In this document: positions 42,813-54,336 of the stretch, piece by piece | Layout of the letters: every line of letters begins with the position of its first letter | Numbering within the stretch: the first letter of the stretch is position 1 | Assembly (NCBI GenBank): GCA_900546745.1 | Contig: URDT01000003.1 | Location: 125 to 64,124, forward strand | DNA length: 64,000 bases | Direction of reading: 5' to 3' | Origin: an uncultured Mycoplasmatota bacterium | Lineage (GTDB): Bacteria > Bacillota_I > Bacilli_A > RF39 > UBA660 | Position numbers and translations under genes: made by a program | Notes under the pieces: model-generated | The model's input: only the letters and a program-made list of their open reading frames with translations | Told to the model about the DNA's origin: nothing | The model's database searches: none

Positions 42813-43085
42813 ATGGTAAATATTATTAAAGAAGAAATTGAAATTGAAGAATCTTTAGAATCGATGTTAAGAGTAATATGTGATTTTTGTAATACTATTC
42901 CAATAATAATAAATGGAAGTATTAGAAGAATTGATAAAACTAATCTTATTTATATAGAACTACATAGAATATATATTAAAAACAATTTATATCTATCATT
43001 TAATTATTCAAGTGATATATACGTTAATAACCTAGGTAAGGAGATTAAATTATCAGAACTTGAAGATTATATAAAACAAGCATAG
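42813..43085 (+). CDS. 90-aa element-end protein, paralog 3
   Basis: MVNIIKEEIEIEESLESMLRVICDFCNT..., 90 aa, close homolog of paralog 2. Confidence 0.7.
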   Translation: MVNIIKEEIEIEESLESMLRVICDFCNTIPIIINGSIRRIDKTNLIYIELHRIYIKNNLYLSFNYSSDIYVNNLGKEIKLSELEDYIKQA

Positions 43086-44452
43086 TTTGAGTTCCGGTAA
43101 AATTTAATAAGGAACTAAAAAAAGATGAAATTGTGGAAAACTCTTTCATCTTTTTGCTTTAAAAATAATGTAAAACGTCTTCAATGTTTAGTATAATATA
43201 GTTGTAAAAGAATAATAGTAAACAAAAAATTTGGAGGTATTCTACACGAATAATTTTACTACGAATACATATGAAATGAAAAGCGATATTTTAAAATTTA
43301 GTGAAAAAATTACAGAAGGATTAGATAAACCTACTACTAAGTTTGTATCAGAAATGATTTATGGTATTGAAAGATCTAATAGTATATTATTTAGTGAAAT
43401 TGCTAGAGCTTTAAAGGAAAGAATCAAGTTAAAAAATACAATAGAAAGACTTTGTAATAATTGTAATGAATCATCTGATGAAGAACTTAATATTATTAAA
43501 GAAAACTATTTTAATATTGCTTTAAAACAATTATCAGATGATGAAATAATCTTAATTGAAGACGATTCTGATGTCAATAAGGAATACAGTAATAAATTAG
43601 AAGATTTATGTACTGTAAGAGATGCTAGTAGTAAACAAGAAAAATATGTTAATGGTTATCATGTATGTGAAATTGTTGGTTTATCAAAAAATGAATATCA
43701 GCCAATTAGTTTATATTCAAAAATATATTCTACTGAAAGTAAAAAATTTAAAAGTTGTCCAAATGAGACTATAAAATCAGAAAAATATGTTATAGATAAA
43801 ATAAGGGAAAATAGAAATTCAAAAAATATTGTAGTTAAAGATAGAGACTATGATTCATTCGAATTATTTAAGTCAACAATAGATAACGATGTATCATTTA
43901 TTGTTAGATTAGATGACAATAGGAATTTATTATTCAAAGGAAAAAAGAAATTAGTTAGTGAAGTTGCCTCAAGTAGAAAAGGAAAAATACATACAAAACT
44001 TATGTATAAAGGATATAATACAGATTGTTATATTTCTTATACAACAGTACAATTACCTAAAATAAAAGATAAAGATTTAAATTTAGTAATTATATATAGA
44101 AAAAATGAATAAAAAATTACTTGTTATTAAGATTATTGAAGCGAGTGAATCTCTTAAGAGTAAAGCATTAGTTTGGTATGGACAGATATCAAAGGGAATA
44201 TCTAAAATACTAGAACATGCCAATACTGGTATAAAAGATTGGTTTAAAATAGAAGTTGAAGATAAATATAAGCAATTATCACTAAAACTGTAGACATATT
44301 AAAATATATTATATTAAAAAAACAACATATAAAAATGTTGAATTTTAAGCATACAATAAAATAGTAAAAGACATGAAAAATAAAATATTTTATTAAAAAA
44401 ATTAAAACAAATCAAAATATACTAATTTTTTTGTAAAATACCGAAACTCAAA
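43086..44452 (+). mobile_element. insertion sequence (family unresolved), about 1.37 kb
   Basis: Terminal inverted repeats TTTGAGTTCCGGTA (43086-43099) and, reverse-complemented, TTTGAGTTTCGGTA (44439-44452), matching 13 of 14. Encloses a transposase-like ORF. Confidence 0.55.
43231..44293 (+). pseudogene. putative transposase, apparently frameshifted (293-aa plus 62-aa ORFs)
   Basis: The N-terminal segment KFVSEMIYGIERSNSILFSEIARAL recalls IS4-like transposases. The frames switch in an A-run near 44100. True start uncertain. Confidence 0.35.
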
Positions 44453-44516
44453 TCGATTATAATCTTGTAAAAAAATTTTAATTATGATATGATGATTGTG
44501 TTAATTGTTTTTATAT

Positions 44517-44593
44517 GACCTGTTGGTGAAGTGGCTTAACACGCTGCCCTCTCAAGGCAGTATTCGTGGGTTCGAAACCCATACAGGTTACCA
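44517..44593 (+). tRNA. tRNA-Glu (anticodon CTC)
   Basis: Hand fold: acceptor GACCTGT/ACAGGTT (G1.U72), anticodon stem CTGCC/GGCAG with loop CTCTCAA, T-arm GTGGG-TTCGAAA-CCCAT, ACCA end. Overall close to Firmicute tRNA-Glu apart from C34. Confidence 0.75.
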
Positions 44594-44604
44594 AATTGAC
44601 ATTG

Positions 44605-44627
44605 ACCGTTGAAATTCAACGGTTTTT
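44605..44627 (+). terminator. tRNA-Glu terminator
   Basis: ACCGTTGAA-A-TTCAACGGT hairpin followed by a T-run. Confidence 0.75.
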
Positions 44628-44959
44628 ATTTTTATTGGTCTTGTTTTTGGTCTAGCTTATTGAAAATATCAACTAAAATATTTTGTGAATTAGGGTACAA
44701 ATGCAATAATTGATTTGTTAAGGGAATATCCAAGAGATGAAATTCAAACTATACTCAAGTTTCTAAATAATAGATCAAAAATGCATTAATTATCAAATAT
44801 TTCAAGAATTATTCAATTAGCATTTATATGAATGCTACATTTGATTTGGCAAATTATCGATTAAAATAAAATTTTTTTGTAAAATATTATTTTTTTATGC
44901 TTTATAAAAAGGAAATCACTAAGTTTTATCGAATAATAATAGTAGAAAGGAGATGAAAA

Positions 44960-45637
44960 ATGAGAATAAAAGAATATTTAAAAAAATATTACTTGTATGG
45001 AATTGCTATTTTAGGAATCATAATAATTGCCTTTATTTTATTATTAAGACCAAAAGCAGAAGTTCAAACAGCAAACGTTAAGTTAGAACAATTAGAGGTT
45101 CAACCAAAAGAGGAAGTAGTTAATAATGTTAAAATTGATATAAAAGGTAATATTCAAAATCCAGGTGTGTATGAAATGCCTGAAGGCTCTAGAGTTATTG
45201 ATGCAATTAATATGGCAGGAGGATTGTTAGAAAATTCTAACACATCTTTAATTAATTTATCTCAAAAATTAAAAGATGAAATGATTATTATTATTTATAC
45301 GAATGATCAAATAGAACAATATAAAAATGATAATAAAAAAATAGAGTATGTTTATGTAGAAGTTGAAAAATGTCCTGATACGATTAATGATGCTTGTATT
45401 AATAAATCAGAAGAAAGACAACAACAGGCGGATAATACTACAAATTCTTTAATTTCTATTAATGATGCATCTATAGAGCAATTAACAACATTGCCTGGAA
45501 TCGGTAAATCTAAGGCAAATGATATTATTGAATATCGTAATCAAAATGGAAAATTTCAAACTATTGATGACATTAAAAAAGTCAAAGGAATAGGAGAATC
45601 CGTTTTTGAAAAAATTAAAGATAGTATTACTATTTAG
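44960..45637 (+). CDS. comEA: competence protein ComEA (DNA receptor)
   Basis: N-terminal TM, SLBB-like domain (NPGVYEMPEGSRVIDAI), C-terminal tandem HhH (LPGIGKSKANDII...VKGIGESVFEKI). Confidence 0.9.
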   Translation: MRIKEYLKKYYLYGIAILGIIIIAFILLLRPKAEVQTANVKLEQLEVQPKEEVVNNVKIDIKGNIQNPGVYEMPEGSRVIDAINMAGGLLENSNTSLINLSQKLKDEMIIIIYTNDQIEQYKNDNKKIEYVYVEVEKCPDTINDACINKSEERQQQADNTTNSLISINDASIEQLTTLPGIGKSKANDIIEYRNQNGKFQTIDDIKKVKGIGESVFEKIKDSITI

Positions 45638-47663
45638 TATTTTATTAATTCGTATTCCTATGATTTCTGTTTCTAGTAATTATTCTAATGAAACGGAAAT
45701 TTATGGAATCATTACTGATTATAAAATTGATGGAAATCAACTTACTATGCAAATAAAAGCAAAAGAAAAAATAATAGTAACTTATTATTTTAATTCAGAA
45801 ACAGAAAAAAAATATTATCAAAAAAATTTAAATTTAGGTTTTGAAATTTTATGCCAAGGCACTTTAATGAAACCAGATGATAATCGTAATTTTTATTTAT
45901 CTAATTATCGAAAATACTTAATGAGTAAGAAAATATATTGGAAATTCCAAGCCAATAAGTTAAAATATTATCCTAGAAAAAATTTATTATATTTGATAAA
46001 AAATCATCTATTAGAAACGATAGAAAAAAGATCTAACTCAGAGTATTTAAAACTGTTTATTTTAGGACAAAATACTTTAGATGAAGAAATAAAAAAATCT
46101 TATCAATATAATGGGATTAGTCATTTATTTGCTATTTCTGGTATGCATATTGTTATTTTGACTTTTGTTTTAACAAAACTTTTTCAGAGAATTTTTAAAA
46201 ACGAGAGTATTGTTTTTATGATTATTATTTTTACTTTATGGTTTTATTTGTTTTTAACAAACTATACAATATCTGTATTAAGAGCAGTGTTATTTTATTT
46301 CATTTTTTCCATCAAAAAAATATTTTCGTTCTCTATTTCAAATGTTATTTTAGCAGTATTCATTTTATTACTATTGCTGAATATAAATCCATACTATATC
46401 TATGATGTAGGGTTTTTATATAGTTTTACAATAAGTATTGGATTAATTTATTTTAAGGAATTGTTAAGGGAAGAAAATTATTTTAAAAGTTTGATAAAAA
46501 CATCAACTATATCTTTTTTAATCGGATTGCCTATTACGATTTATGTAGCCAATCAAATTAATTTTTTATCACCAATTTTCAATTTGTTATTTGTTCCTAT
46601 TGTTTCCTTAGTAATATTTCCGATTAGTGTACTGAGTCTTGTTATTACTTTTTTAATTCCTATTGATAATTTTTTAATTAATTTATTAGAAAATTTATCT
46701 TTACTATGTTCTAAGATCAATCTATTTACTTTTTCTTTTCAAACAGTTCCTATTATTATTTTGATTATATATGAACTTCTAATTTTTATGATGATTTCTT
46801 TTAAAAACAAATTATTATTTTTCTTTCTAATGGTTATTTTGATAATTCATCACTGTTGGAACCTATTGAATCCATATACTAGAGTAACAATGCTAGATGT
46901 AGGGCAAGGAGATTCAATTTTAATTCAGTTTGCACATAATAAAGGCAATATATTAATTGATACAGGGGGTATTCCAACTTATTCAAAAGAAAAATGGAAA
47001 ATAAAAAAGCACAAATATAGTATTGTTAATAGTATTACAATTCCATATTTAAAAAGTATAGGAGTTCATAAATTAAATTATCTAATTATCACACATGGTG
47101 ACTATGATCATATGGGTGAGTCCATTCATTTAGTAGAGAATTTTAAAATAGAAAATGTGATTTTGAATTGTGGGTCATATAATGAATTAGAGCAAAAATT
47201 AATTGATACTTTAGATAAAAAAACTATTTCGTACTATTCCTGTATAAAGGAATTAGATATAGATAAATCGCAATTACAGTTTCTATATACAAAAGAATAT
47301 GATAATGAAAATGATAATTCAAATGTAATTTATTTTAATTATAACAATTATAAATTTTTATTCATGGGAGATGCAGGAGTAGATAAAGAAACAGATATAT
47401 TAGAAAAATATACTTTAAGCAATATCGATTTTCTCAAAGTAGGACATCATGGATCAGACACGTCTTCAAATAAAGGCTTTATTGATAGTATTCAACCCAA
47501 ATATTCCCTAATTAGTGTAGGAAAAAATAATCGGTATGGACATCCTAAAGAAATAGTGTTAAAAAATTTAGATAGTACTAAGATATACCGAACGGATCAA
47601 GATGGAGCAATCGAGATTAAACTAAATAAAAAAGAATATCAAATAAAAACTTGTCATTCATAA
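45606..47663 (+). CDS. comEC: DNA internalization competence protein ComEC/Rec2
   Basis: Polytopic competence domain (GISHLFAISGMH) plus a C-terminal metallo-beta-lactamase domain (GQGDS, THGDYDHMG). TTG start overlaps the comEA end. Confidence 0.9.
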   Translation: MKKLKIVLLFSILLIRIPMISVSSNYSNETEIYGIITDYKIDGNQLTMQIKAKEKIIVTYYFNSETEKKYYQKNLNLGFEILCQGTLMKPDDNRNFYLSNYRKYLMSKKIYWKFQANKLKYYPRKNLLYLIKNHLLETIEKRSNSEYLKLFILGQNTLDEEIKKSYQYNGISHLFAISGMHIVILTFVLTKLFQRIFKNESIVFMIIIFTLWFYLFLTNYTISVLRAVLFYFIFSIKKIFSFSISNVILAVFILLLLLNINPYYIYDVGFLYSFTISIGLIYFKELLREENYFKSLIKTSTISFLIGLPITIYVANQINFLSPIFNLLFVPIVSLVIFPISVLSLVITFLIPIDNFLINLLENLSLLCSKINLFTFSFQTVPIIILIIYELLIFMMISFKNKLLFFFLMVILIIHHCWNLLNPYTRVTMLDVGQGDSILIQFAHNKGNILIDTGGIPTYSKEKWKIKKHKYSIVNSITIPYLKSIGVHKLNYLIITHGDYDHMGESIHLVENFKIENVILNCGSYNELEQKLIDTLDKKTISYYSCIKELDIDKSQLQFLYTKEYDNENDNSNVIYFNYNNYKFLFMGDAGVDKETDILEKYTLSNIDFLKVGHHGSDTSSNKGFIDSIQPKYSLISVGKNNRYGHPKEIVLKNLDSTKIYRTDQDGAIEIKLNKKEYQIKTCHS

Positions 47664-47860
47664 GAAATGTCTATACAAAAAAATTTTTAAAGAATATATT
47701 ATTTATGATAAAAATGAATTTAAAAATCAATTATTAAATGAATATAATTTGTGAATAGTGGATATATTAAGAGTAGATGTTATTTTTAAAAATTATTGAT
47801 AGTACGCTAATGCTTTTAGCGTTTTATATAGATGAGAATATTCTCAAAGAAAAAGAACCT

Positions 47861-48391
47861 TTAAGGCTCTTTTTTTATAATTCCATACTGATTTTTAGTA
47901 GTATCAATAAATAATTTATTTTTAATTGGAAAATATGTCAAATACCAAAAAATAAGAAATGTCAAAGTAATTATGATAATAGCTATCGCTTTTTGAAAAG
48001 GTATTTTAGGAGCCTTTAATAAATAATATCCTATGATTTCCACTATTATATAGACTAGTAATAATAGAGAAATATTAATAATCATATTTTCTCCAATCAT
48101 ATTATAAATAGGAAGGAAAATTATCAAGTAAATAATAATTGCACAAATTCCCATCATGATATTAGAAAGTAAAAAGTTATTTACCTCTATTTTCTTTTTC
48201 TTCCATATAAAATATTCAATTGGACTGTAAAATAATATAGAACTTACAATAATTTTCATATGTTCCCAGATACTTTCATTGACTGGAAAAAAGATACTAA
48301 AAATGTAATTTGGAAATATATCATATAAAAAATGACAAAGGAATGAAATTAGAAAAACACCAATTATGGAAACAATTTTAACTTTTTTCAT
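47861..48391 (-). CDS. polytopic membrane protein, unknown function
   Basis: Five or six hydrophobic segments. Start at MKKVKIV behind an AGGTGA RBS. Confidence 0.6.
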   Translation of the reverse strand: MKKVKIVSIIGVFLISFLCHFLYDIFPNYIFSIFFPVNESIWEHMKIIVSSILFYSPIEYFIWKKKKIEVNNFLLSNIMMGICAIIIYLIIFLPIYNMIGENMIINISLLLLVYIIVEIIGYYLLKAPKIPFQKAIAIIIITLTFLIFWYLTYFPIKNKLFIDTTKNQYGIIKKEP

Positions 48392-48501
48392 ATCATCACC
48401 TACTAATAATATGTTAAAATAAACAAAATTTATGAAAAAAACGAAATAAAAAAAGGAAATGGACAAGTTTTGTCGTATATTAATATTAGAGGCTTGATAT
48501 T

Positions 48502-50265
48502 ATGAAGGAAACATTGTTATCACAAGAACAAATTTTACAAATTCAAAATAGTGTAGATATTGTAGATATTGTATCTAGTTATGTTCCCTTGACATTAAAA
48601 GGTAAAAATTTCTTTGGTGTTTGTCCTTTTCATCCAGATCATTCTCCAAGTATGAGTGTATCTAGAGAAAAGCAAATTTACAAATGTTTTTCGTGTCGAG
48701 CAAGTGGTAATGTTTTTAAATTTATCATGGATTATGAAAATATTGGCTTTATTGAAGCTGTAAAAATTGTTGCTGATAAAGCTGGTATTTCTTTGAACTT
48801 AGATATGCCTAAATTGAATAAATTAAATCAAAATTTTGTTTTATATGATATTTTCAATATAGCACAAAAATTTTATAGTAATAACATTAATACTGCAATA
48901 GGACAAAATGCCAGAGAATTTATAATGAAACGACATTTTGATTCTAGTATTATTAAAGATTTTGAATTAGGATTATCTTTGAATAGTTATGATTCTTTGA
49001 CAAACTTATTGCTGAAAAAGAACTTTCAATTAAAAGATTTAGAACGGACGGGATTGATAGCAAAAGGTGATAAAGGATATAAAGATGTTTATATTAATCG
49101 AATTATGTTTCCTTTATATGATTTGACAGGGAAAATAGTAGGATATAGTGGCAGAATTTATAATGGTGAGAAAACCAGTAAATATTTTAATACAAAAGAG
49201 ACTGAAATATTTAAAAAAGGAGAGTTGCTATATAATTATCATCGAGCAAAAGAACCAGCCAGGGATCAAGAAAATATTATTATTGTAGAAGGTTTTTTTG
49301 CTTTAATTCGATTATATACAATAGGAGTTAAGAATGTAGTCGCAACATTAGGAACTGCAGTTACCAAAAAACAAGCTTTGTTGATTAAAAGAATGGCTAA
49401 ACAAGTTACTTTAATGTTTGATGGAGATAGCGCTGGAGATGAAGCAACGAATAGTTGTATTGAAGAACTAAATGAAATTGGTGTGATTCCTAAAATTGTA
49501 CGATTAGAAGATAACTTGGATCCTGATGACTATGTATTAAAATATGGGAAAAATAAAATGTTAGAAAAAATTAATAATCCTATGAATGTGATGGATTATA
49601 AATTAAGCTACCATCGAAAGAAAAAGAATTTAAATAACAATTTAGATTTATCCAAATATGTGAATGAGATATTAGAAGATTTAAGAAAAATTGATGACGA
49701 TATCTATAAAGAATTAACTTTAAAAAAATTAAGTGATGAATCCCATTTATCTATTGAATTTTTAAAAAAACGTATGGATGATGGAAAACAACAATTGGTT
49801 ATTTTGGATAAAAAAATTCCAAAAAGACAAAACAAATATATTCAAGCTGAAAATTCATTGATTTATTATATGTTGAATAATCGTGATGTAATTACACTTT
49901 ATAATGAAGAAAAGCCTAGGTTTTTAAATCAAAATTATCGTCTTTTGGCTAGAAATTTGGTAGCCTATATGAAAGAAAATAAAGAGATAAAGACCTCTAA
50001 TTTATTAACTTATTATAGTTCTGATAAAGAAATATTAGACATCATTCAAAGCGTTATACAATTAGATTTAAAAGATGAATATACAATTCAAGAAATAAAA
50101 GATTATATTCATGTGATAAAAGAACATGATATCAATATGGATATAAAACGTTTACAAGATGCTTTAAAAACAGAAACAGATAGAAATAAAAAGAATGAAA
50201 TATTAAAACAAATCTTTGAAAGAAGAAAAATAGAATGTGATGGAGATGAAAACAATGATAAATGA
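48502..50265 (+). CDS. dnaG: DNA primase
   Basis: Zinc finger [13 protein letters not shown]...CFSC and TOPRIM ([16 protein letters not shown]). Confidence 0.95.
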   Translation: MKETLLSQEQILQIQNSVDIVDIVSSYVPLTLKGKNFFGVCPFHPDHSPSMSVSREKQIYKCFSCRASGNVFKFIMDYENIGFIEAVKIVADKAGISLNLDMPKLNKLNQNFVLYDIFNIAQKFYSNNINTAIGQNAREFIMKRHFDSSIIKDFELGLSLNSYDSLTNLLLKKNFQLKDLERTGLIAKGDKGYKDVYINRIMFPLYDLTGKIVGYSGRIYNGEKTSKYFNTKETEIFKKGELLYNYHRAKEPARDQENIIIVEGFFALIRLYTIGVKNVVATLGTAVTKKQALLIKRMAKQVTLMFDGDSAGDEATNSCIEELNEIGVIPKIVRLEDNLDPDDYVLKYGKNKMLEKINNPMNVMDYKLSYHRKKKNLNNNLDLSKYVNEILEDLRKIDDDIYKELTLKKLSDESHLSIEFLKKRMDDGKQQLVILDKKIPKRQNKYIQAENSLIYYMLNNRDVITLYNEEKPRFLNQNYRLLARNLVAYMKENKEIKTSNLLTYYSSDKEILDIIQSVIQLDLKDEYTIQEIKDYIHVIKEHDINMDIKRLQDALKTETDRNKKNEILKQIFERRKIECDGDENNDK

Positions 50266-51337
50266 AATTAAAACATTTGAACAACGTAAAGAAGAATTAA
50301 TAAAAAAAGGAAAAGAAAAAGGAAATATTAGTTATGAAGAATTAGCAAATTCTTTAAAAGGATTAGAGTTAGATGCAGATTCCTTAGATGAGTTATATAA
50401 TGCATTACGTGAAAACAATATTGAAATTATATCAGAGGATGATGACGATGATTCTACTGACCCAGAAAAAATATTATTGGATGATAATACTTTAGCAAAA
50501 GACTTAACAATTAATGATCCTGTCAGAATGTATTTAAAAGAGATAGGACAAATTAAATTATTATCAATGTCTGAAGAACTAGAGTTAGCTGATCGTATTG
50601 CAGCTGGCGATGAGACTGCTAAGAATACTTTAGCAGAAGCAAATTTAAGATTAGTTGTAAGTATTGCGAAAAGATATGTTGGCCGTGGAATGCTTTTTCT
50701 TGATTTAATTCAAGAAGGAAATATTGGACTTATGAAAGCAGTAGACAAATTTGATGTTACAAAAGGATATAAATTTTCTACTTATGCAACTTGGTGGATT
50801 CGCCAAGCTATTACTAGAGCTATAGCCGATCAAGCAAGAACAATTCGTGTCCCTGTTCATATGGTTGAAACAATTAATAAACTTGCTCGTATTCAAAGAC
50901 AATTAACATTAGAGTTAAATCGTGAACCTTCTGAAGATGAACTTGCTGCTAAAATGAATATTAGTGTAGATAAAATTAGAGATATATATAAAATTAGTCA
51001 AGAACCAGTTAGCTTAGAAACTCCTATAGGAGAAGAAGATGATTCTCATTTGGGTGATTTTATTAAAGATGAACGTAATGTAAGTCCTGAAGAATATGCT
51101 ACTAACGAGATGCTAAAAGATGAAATTGCTGAAGTACTTTTAACTTTAACAGAAAGAGAAGAAAAAGTAATTCGTTTGCGTTTTGGGTTAGAAGATGGAA
51201 AATCTAGAACATTAGAAGAAGTTGGGCAAATGTTTGGCGTAACAAGAGAGAGAATTCGTCAAATTGAAGCTAAAGCTTTGAGAAAATTAAGACATCCATC
51301 TCGTTCTAGAAAATTGAAAGATTATATGGGAGAATAA
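50255..51337 (+). CDS. sigA: RNA polymerase sigma factor SigA/RpoD
   Basis: Regions 2-4 ([27 protein letters not shown]; [27 protein letters not shown]). The start may be further 5' (track 50237). Confidence 0.95.
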   Translation: MINEIKTFEQRKEELIKKGKEKGNISYEELANSLKGLELDADSLDELYNALRENNIEIISEDDDDDSTDPEKILLDDNTLAKDLTINDPVRMYLKEIGQIKLLSMSEELELADRIAAGDETAKNTLAEANLRLVVSIAKRYVGRGMLFLDLIQEGNIGLMKAVDKFDVTKGYKFSTYATWWIRQAITRAIADQARTIRVPVHMVETINKLARIQRQLTLELNREPSEDELAAKMNISVDKIRDIYKISQEPVSLETPIGEEDDSHLGDFIKDERNVSPEEYATNEMLKDEIAEVLLTLTEREEKVIRLRFGLEDGKSRTLEEVGQMFGVTRERIRQIEAKALRKLRHPSRSRKLKDYMGE

Positions 51338-51999
51338 TGGCATTTAGTAAAAGAATTAGGATTTTAGCTTCTTTGGTAGAACCTAATAAAAACATTGTTG
51401 ACATTGGTTGTGATCATGCCTTATTGGATATTTATTTAACTCTTTATAATCATAACTCTTGTATTGCTACAGATATTAATGAAAAAGCTATTCAACATGC
51501 AAAAGAAAATATAAAAAAATATAATCTTGAGATACCTGTTTATGTGAGCGATGGTTTAAAAAATATTCCATTATTAGAGAATACAACTGGTATTATTGCT
51601 GGAATGGGAACAAATACAATTATTCAAATTTTACAAAATCAGGATTTAAATCAGTTATCGAGTTTTGTTATTCAAACAAATAATGATTATTATTTGTTGA
51701 GGAAATTTATGACCTCTATTGGGTATCAAATAGAAGAAGAAATTACTTTTTATGATAAAGGAATTCGCTATATTGCTATCAAATTTATAAAAGGCATTCA
51801 GAATTATTCCTACTTTGAATTGCTTTTGGGACCTAAATTAATGCAAAAAAAAGATAAAGAAACAATTCTTTATTTTCAAGAGCGTTACCAAGAAAATAAA
51901 AAGATAGAAAAAAAACTACCAACTCGACATTGGAAAAAGAAACTTCAATATAAATTGGAAAATAGAACAATAAAAAAGCTATTAAGAAATAGCTTTTAA
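51337..51999 (+). CDS. trmK: tRNA (adenine22-N1)-methyltransferase
   Basis: VDIGCDHALLDIYL and SDGL motifs. Position after sigA as in Bacillus (yqfN). Confidence 0.8.
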   Translation: MAFSKRIRILASLVEPNKNIVDIGCDHALLDIYLTLYNHNSCIATDINEKAIQHAKENIKKYNLEIPVYVSDGLKNIPLLENTTGIIAGMGTNTIIQILQNQDLNQLSSFVIQTNNDYYLLRKFMTSIGYQIEEEITFYDKGIRYIAIKFIKGIQNYSYFELLLGPKLMQKKDKETILYFQERYQENKKIEKKLPTRHWKKKLQYKLENRTIKKLLRNSF

Positions 52000-52358
52000 G
52001 CGAAAAAAGTGGGTCCAACTTGATTTGTATTAGTTGATTCTTGTATGTTTTCATAGCTTTTTGTATCTGATTGTTCTTTATAATCATTTTCATTTATCTG
52101 AGAATTATTAGACGGAGTATCAACTTTTTTAAATTCATTCATTACTTTAAACATTGTTTTTGCATTTTTAATAATAGGAGATGCTTGTTTAATTAAAGGA
52201 ATTGTTTGGTTAACAATATTTAATGTTTTTTGAGTTCCTGATAATATTGATGACATATTAATTCCTCCAAATAATCTGCTGAACATTCCTGTTTTTGCGA
52301 TTTCTGTGCCTATAGGGGCGTAGGGATAACTGTAAAAATAAGGATTATAGTAATTCAT
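51996..52358 (-). CDS. YqfQ/VrrA-like small protein
   Basis: Tyr/Pro-rich N-terminus and LSGTQKTLNIVNQTIPLIKQASPIIKNAKTMFKVM, resembling the YqfQ family core. Confidence 0.45.
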   Translation of the reverse strand: MNYYNPYFYSYPYAPIGTEIAKTGMFSRLFGGINMSSILSGTQKTLNIVNQTIPLIKQASPIIKNAKTMFKVMNEFKKVDTPSNNSQINENDYKEQSDTKSYENIQESTNTNQVGPTFFA

Positions 52359-52476
52359 ATTTATACTCCTTTCTAAATTATTATATGAAAAATAAAAAAA
52401 TGTTTTACATTTTTTTTTATTGTGATATAATTTTATTATGATAAGAGAGTAGGAAGAGATTGGAAGGTGCTTTTAT

Positions 52477-54318
52477 ATGCGAAAATCATTTTTGCTAATG
52501 CCGTTTATAGCCGTATATAAAATAGTTTTTGGAATTCTTAAAATACCAGTATTAATTTGCAAATATTTTTATAGGGGAGTAAAAGTTACATTAAAATTTA
52601 TTTTAAATTCAATTTTTTATATTTGTTGGTGTTTCTATCAAATACCTAAAAGTATTGTAAAAGGAATAAGTAAATTGATTCCTCATTCAGTATCAAAAAA
52701 AGTATCAAATTCTTCAGAAGAATTTGATTTAAAAGAATTTGAACGATTAAGAAATTTTAAGAAAAAAACGATAAAAAAGATTAAGACAGATTATTTATTA
52801 AAAAATAAAAATAAAAAGAATGAAACGAATGTTGAAAATACTAATCAGGATGATGTGATTGTTTCTAAGCAAGCTGATGAAATATATGGTAATAGCAAAG
52901 TAAAAGTTAAAGCACCAGGCCTTGGTGAAAAAATTAAGGAATTATTTGCTGCAATTGGACGTATTCCATCTAAGATTAAACAAAAAATTAATAATAATGA
53001 GTTTGTAAAACATAGTAGAAATAAAGACATGATGAAAAGAGAAGCATTATTAATTAACTTTGAAGGTGAAGATGCTGAAAAAAGTGATGTAAAGGTCTTA
53101 TATGAATATGTTGCTAAAAATCCGGAAGGAAAAATTGTAAAAGATTATTTTGAAGCATTCTCTAAAGTTGAAGTTCATTCATTTTTACTTAGTGAGGGTT
53201 ACGAGGTATATAGCATTAGAACGAATAAGTGGATTCAAATGTTCCATAAAAATGCTAATACAAACAATATTCGATTTAAAACAAAAGATTTACCTTTCTT
53301 CTTAACTCAACTTTCTACATATATTAAAGCAGGTATTCCTCTAGTTGAAGCTTTAAAAATACTAGAAAAACAATATAAAAATAAAGGATATAAAAAGATT
53401 TTAAAAGCAATTATTTACGATTTGACGATGGGTGAAAATTTTAGTGAAGCTTTACTAAAACAAAATGTAGCCTTTCCTAAATTGTTAATTAATATGGTTA
53501 AAACTGCCGAAATGACTGGAGAATTACCAGAAGTATTAGATGATCAAGCTCAATACTATTCTGAGTCATTAAAAATTAAAAGACAGATGGTTACTGCAAT
53601 GATGTATCCTTCTATTGTTATGATTGCTTCTATTGGAGTTGCTGTATTTATTATGATGTATGTTATTCCACAATTCGTAGAAATTTATAATTCTATGGAT
53701 CCATCGGCAATTCCAAAATTTACTTTGATAGTATTAGCTATTAGTGATTTCTTGAGAAAATATATTGTATACATTCTAATTGGTTTAGTGATTTTTATTG
53801 TTTTATTTGTTTATTTGTATAAGACAATAAAAGGATTCCGAACTATTTGCCAATGGGTTATTATGAAAACGCCTTTTATAGGAACTACTGTTATTTATAA
53901 TGAAGTGGCTATGTTTACGAAGACTTTTGCTTCCCTTTTAGCTCACAACGTTTTTATTACAGATAGTATGGAAGTATTAAACCGTATTACAAAAAATGAA
54001 ATTTATAAAATGATTATTTTGGATACGATTACCAATTTAGCAAAGGGTGATAAAATATCAGAAGCATTCAAAGACAATTGGGCCTTTCCTGTTCCAGCAT
54101 ACGAAATGCTTGTTACAGGGGAAAAAACTGGTGAATTGCCTGAAATGATGCAAAAAGTAGCAGATTATTATCAACAATTACATGCCGAATCTGTTACAAG
54201 AATTAAAACTTTTGTAGAGCCAGCTATTACAATTTTCTTAACCGTAATTGTTGGTACATTAATTTTGGCTATTATTATTCCAATGTTTAGTATGTATAGT
54301 GCCGTTCAAAGTATGTAA
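52477..54318 (+). CDS. type II secretion / type IV pilus platform protein (GspF/PilC/ComGB family) with a long N-terminal extension
   Basis: Two GspF repeats (LSTYIKAGIPLVEAL...; FASLLAHNVFITDSM...) and TM segments. About 190 extra N-terminal residues with hydrophobic segments. Confidence 0.8.
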   Translation: MRKSFLLMPFIAVYKIVFGILKIPVLICKYFYRGVKVTLKFILNSIFYICWCFYQIPKSIVKGISKLIPHSVSKKVSNSSEEFDLKEFERLRNFKKKTIKKIKTDYLLKNKNKKNETNVENTNQDDVIVSKQADEIYGNSKVKVKAPGLGEKIKELFAAIGRIPSKIKQKINNNEFVKHSRNKDMMKREALLINFEGEDAEKSDVKVLYEYVAKNPEGKIVKDYFEAFSKVEVHSFLLSEGYEVYSIRTNKWIQMFHKNANTNNIRFKTKDLPFFLTQLSTYIKAGIPLVEALKILEKQYKNKGYKKILKAIIYDLTMGENFSEALLKQNVAFPKLLINMVKTAEMTGELPEVLDDQAQYYSESLKIKRQMVTAMMYPSIVMIASIGVAVFIMMYVIPQFVEIYNSMDPSAIPKFTLIVLAISDFLRKYIVYILIGLVIFIVLFVYLYKTIKGFRTICQWVIMKTPFIGTTVIYNEVAMFTKTFASLLAHNVFITDSMEVLNRITKNEIYKMIILDTITNLAKGDKISEAFKDNWAFPVPAYEMLVTGEKTGELPEMMQKVADYYQQLHAESVTRIKTFVEPAITIFLTVIVGTLILAIIIPMFSMYSAVQSM

Positions 54319-54336
54319 TGAAGTGGAGTGAGATTT

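Larger units (their letters stand above)
42713..44452 (+). mobile_element. Element 3 remnant (90-aa gene only) truncated by an IS
   Basis: The left end is homologous to element 2. The leader and recombinase are replaced by the IS starting 1 nt after the ORF stop. Confidence 0.5.

Noticed and set aside
44690-44800. Short open frame (GTNAIIDLLREYPRDEIQTILKFLNNRSKMH) between tRNA-Glu and comEA as a possible gene relic or attR remnant
   Set aside because: It spans only about 30 codons, with no start or RBS and no similarity to the element ends or to any family I recognise.
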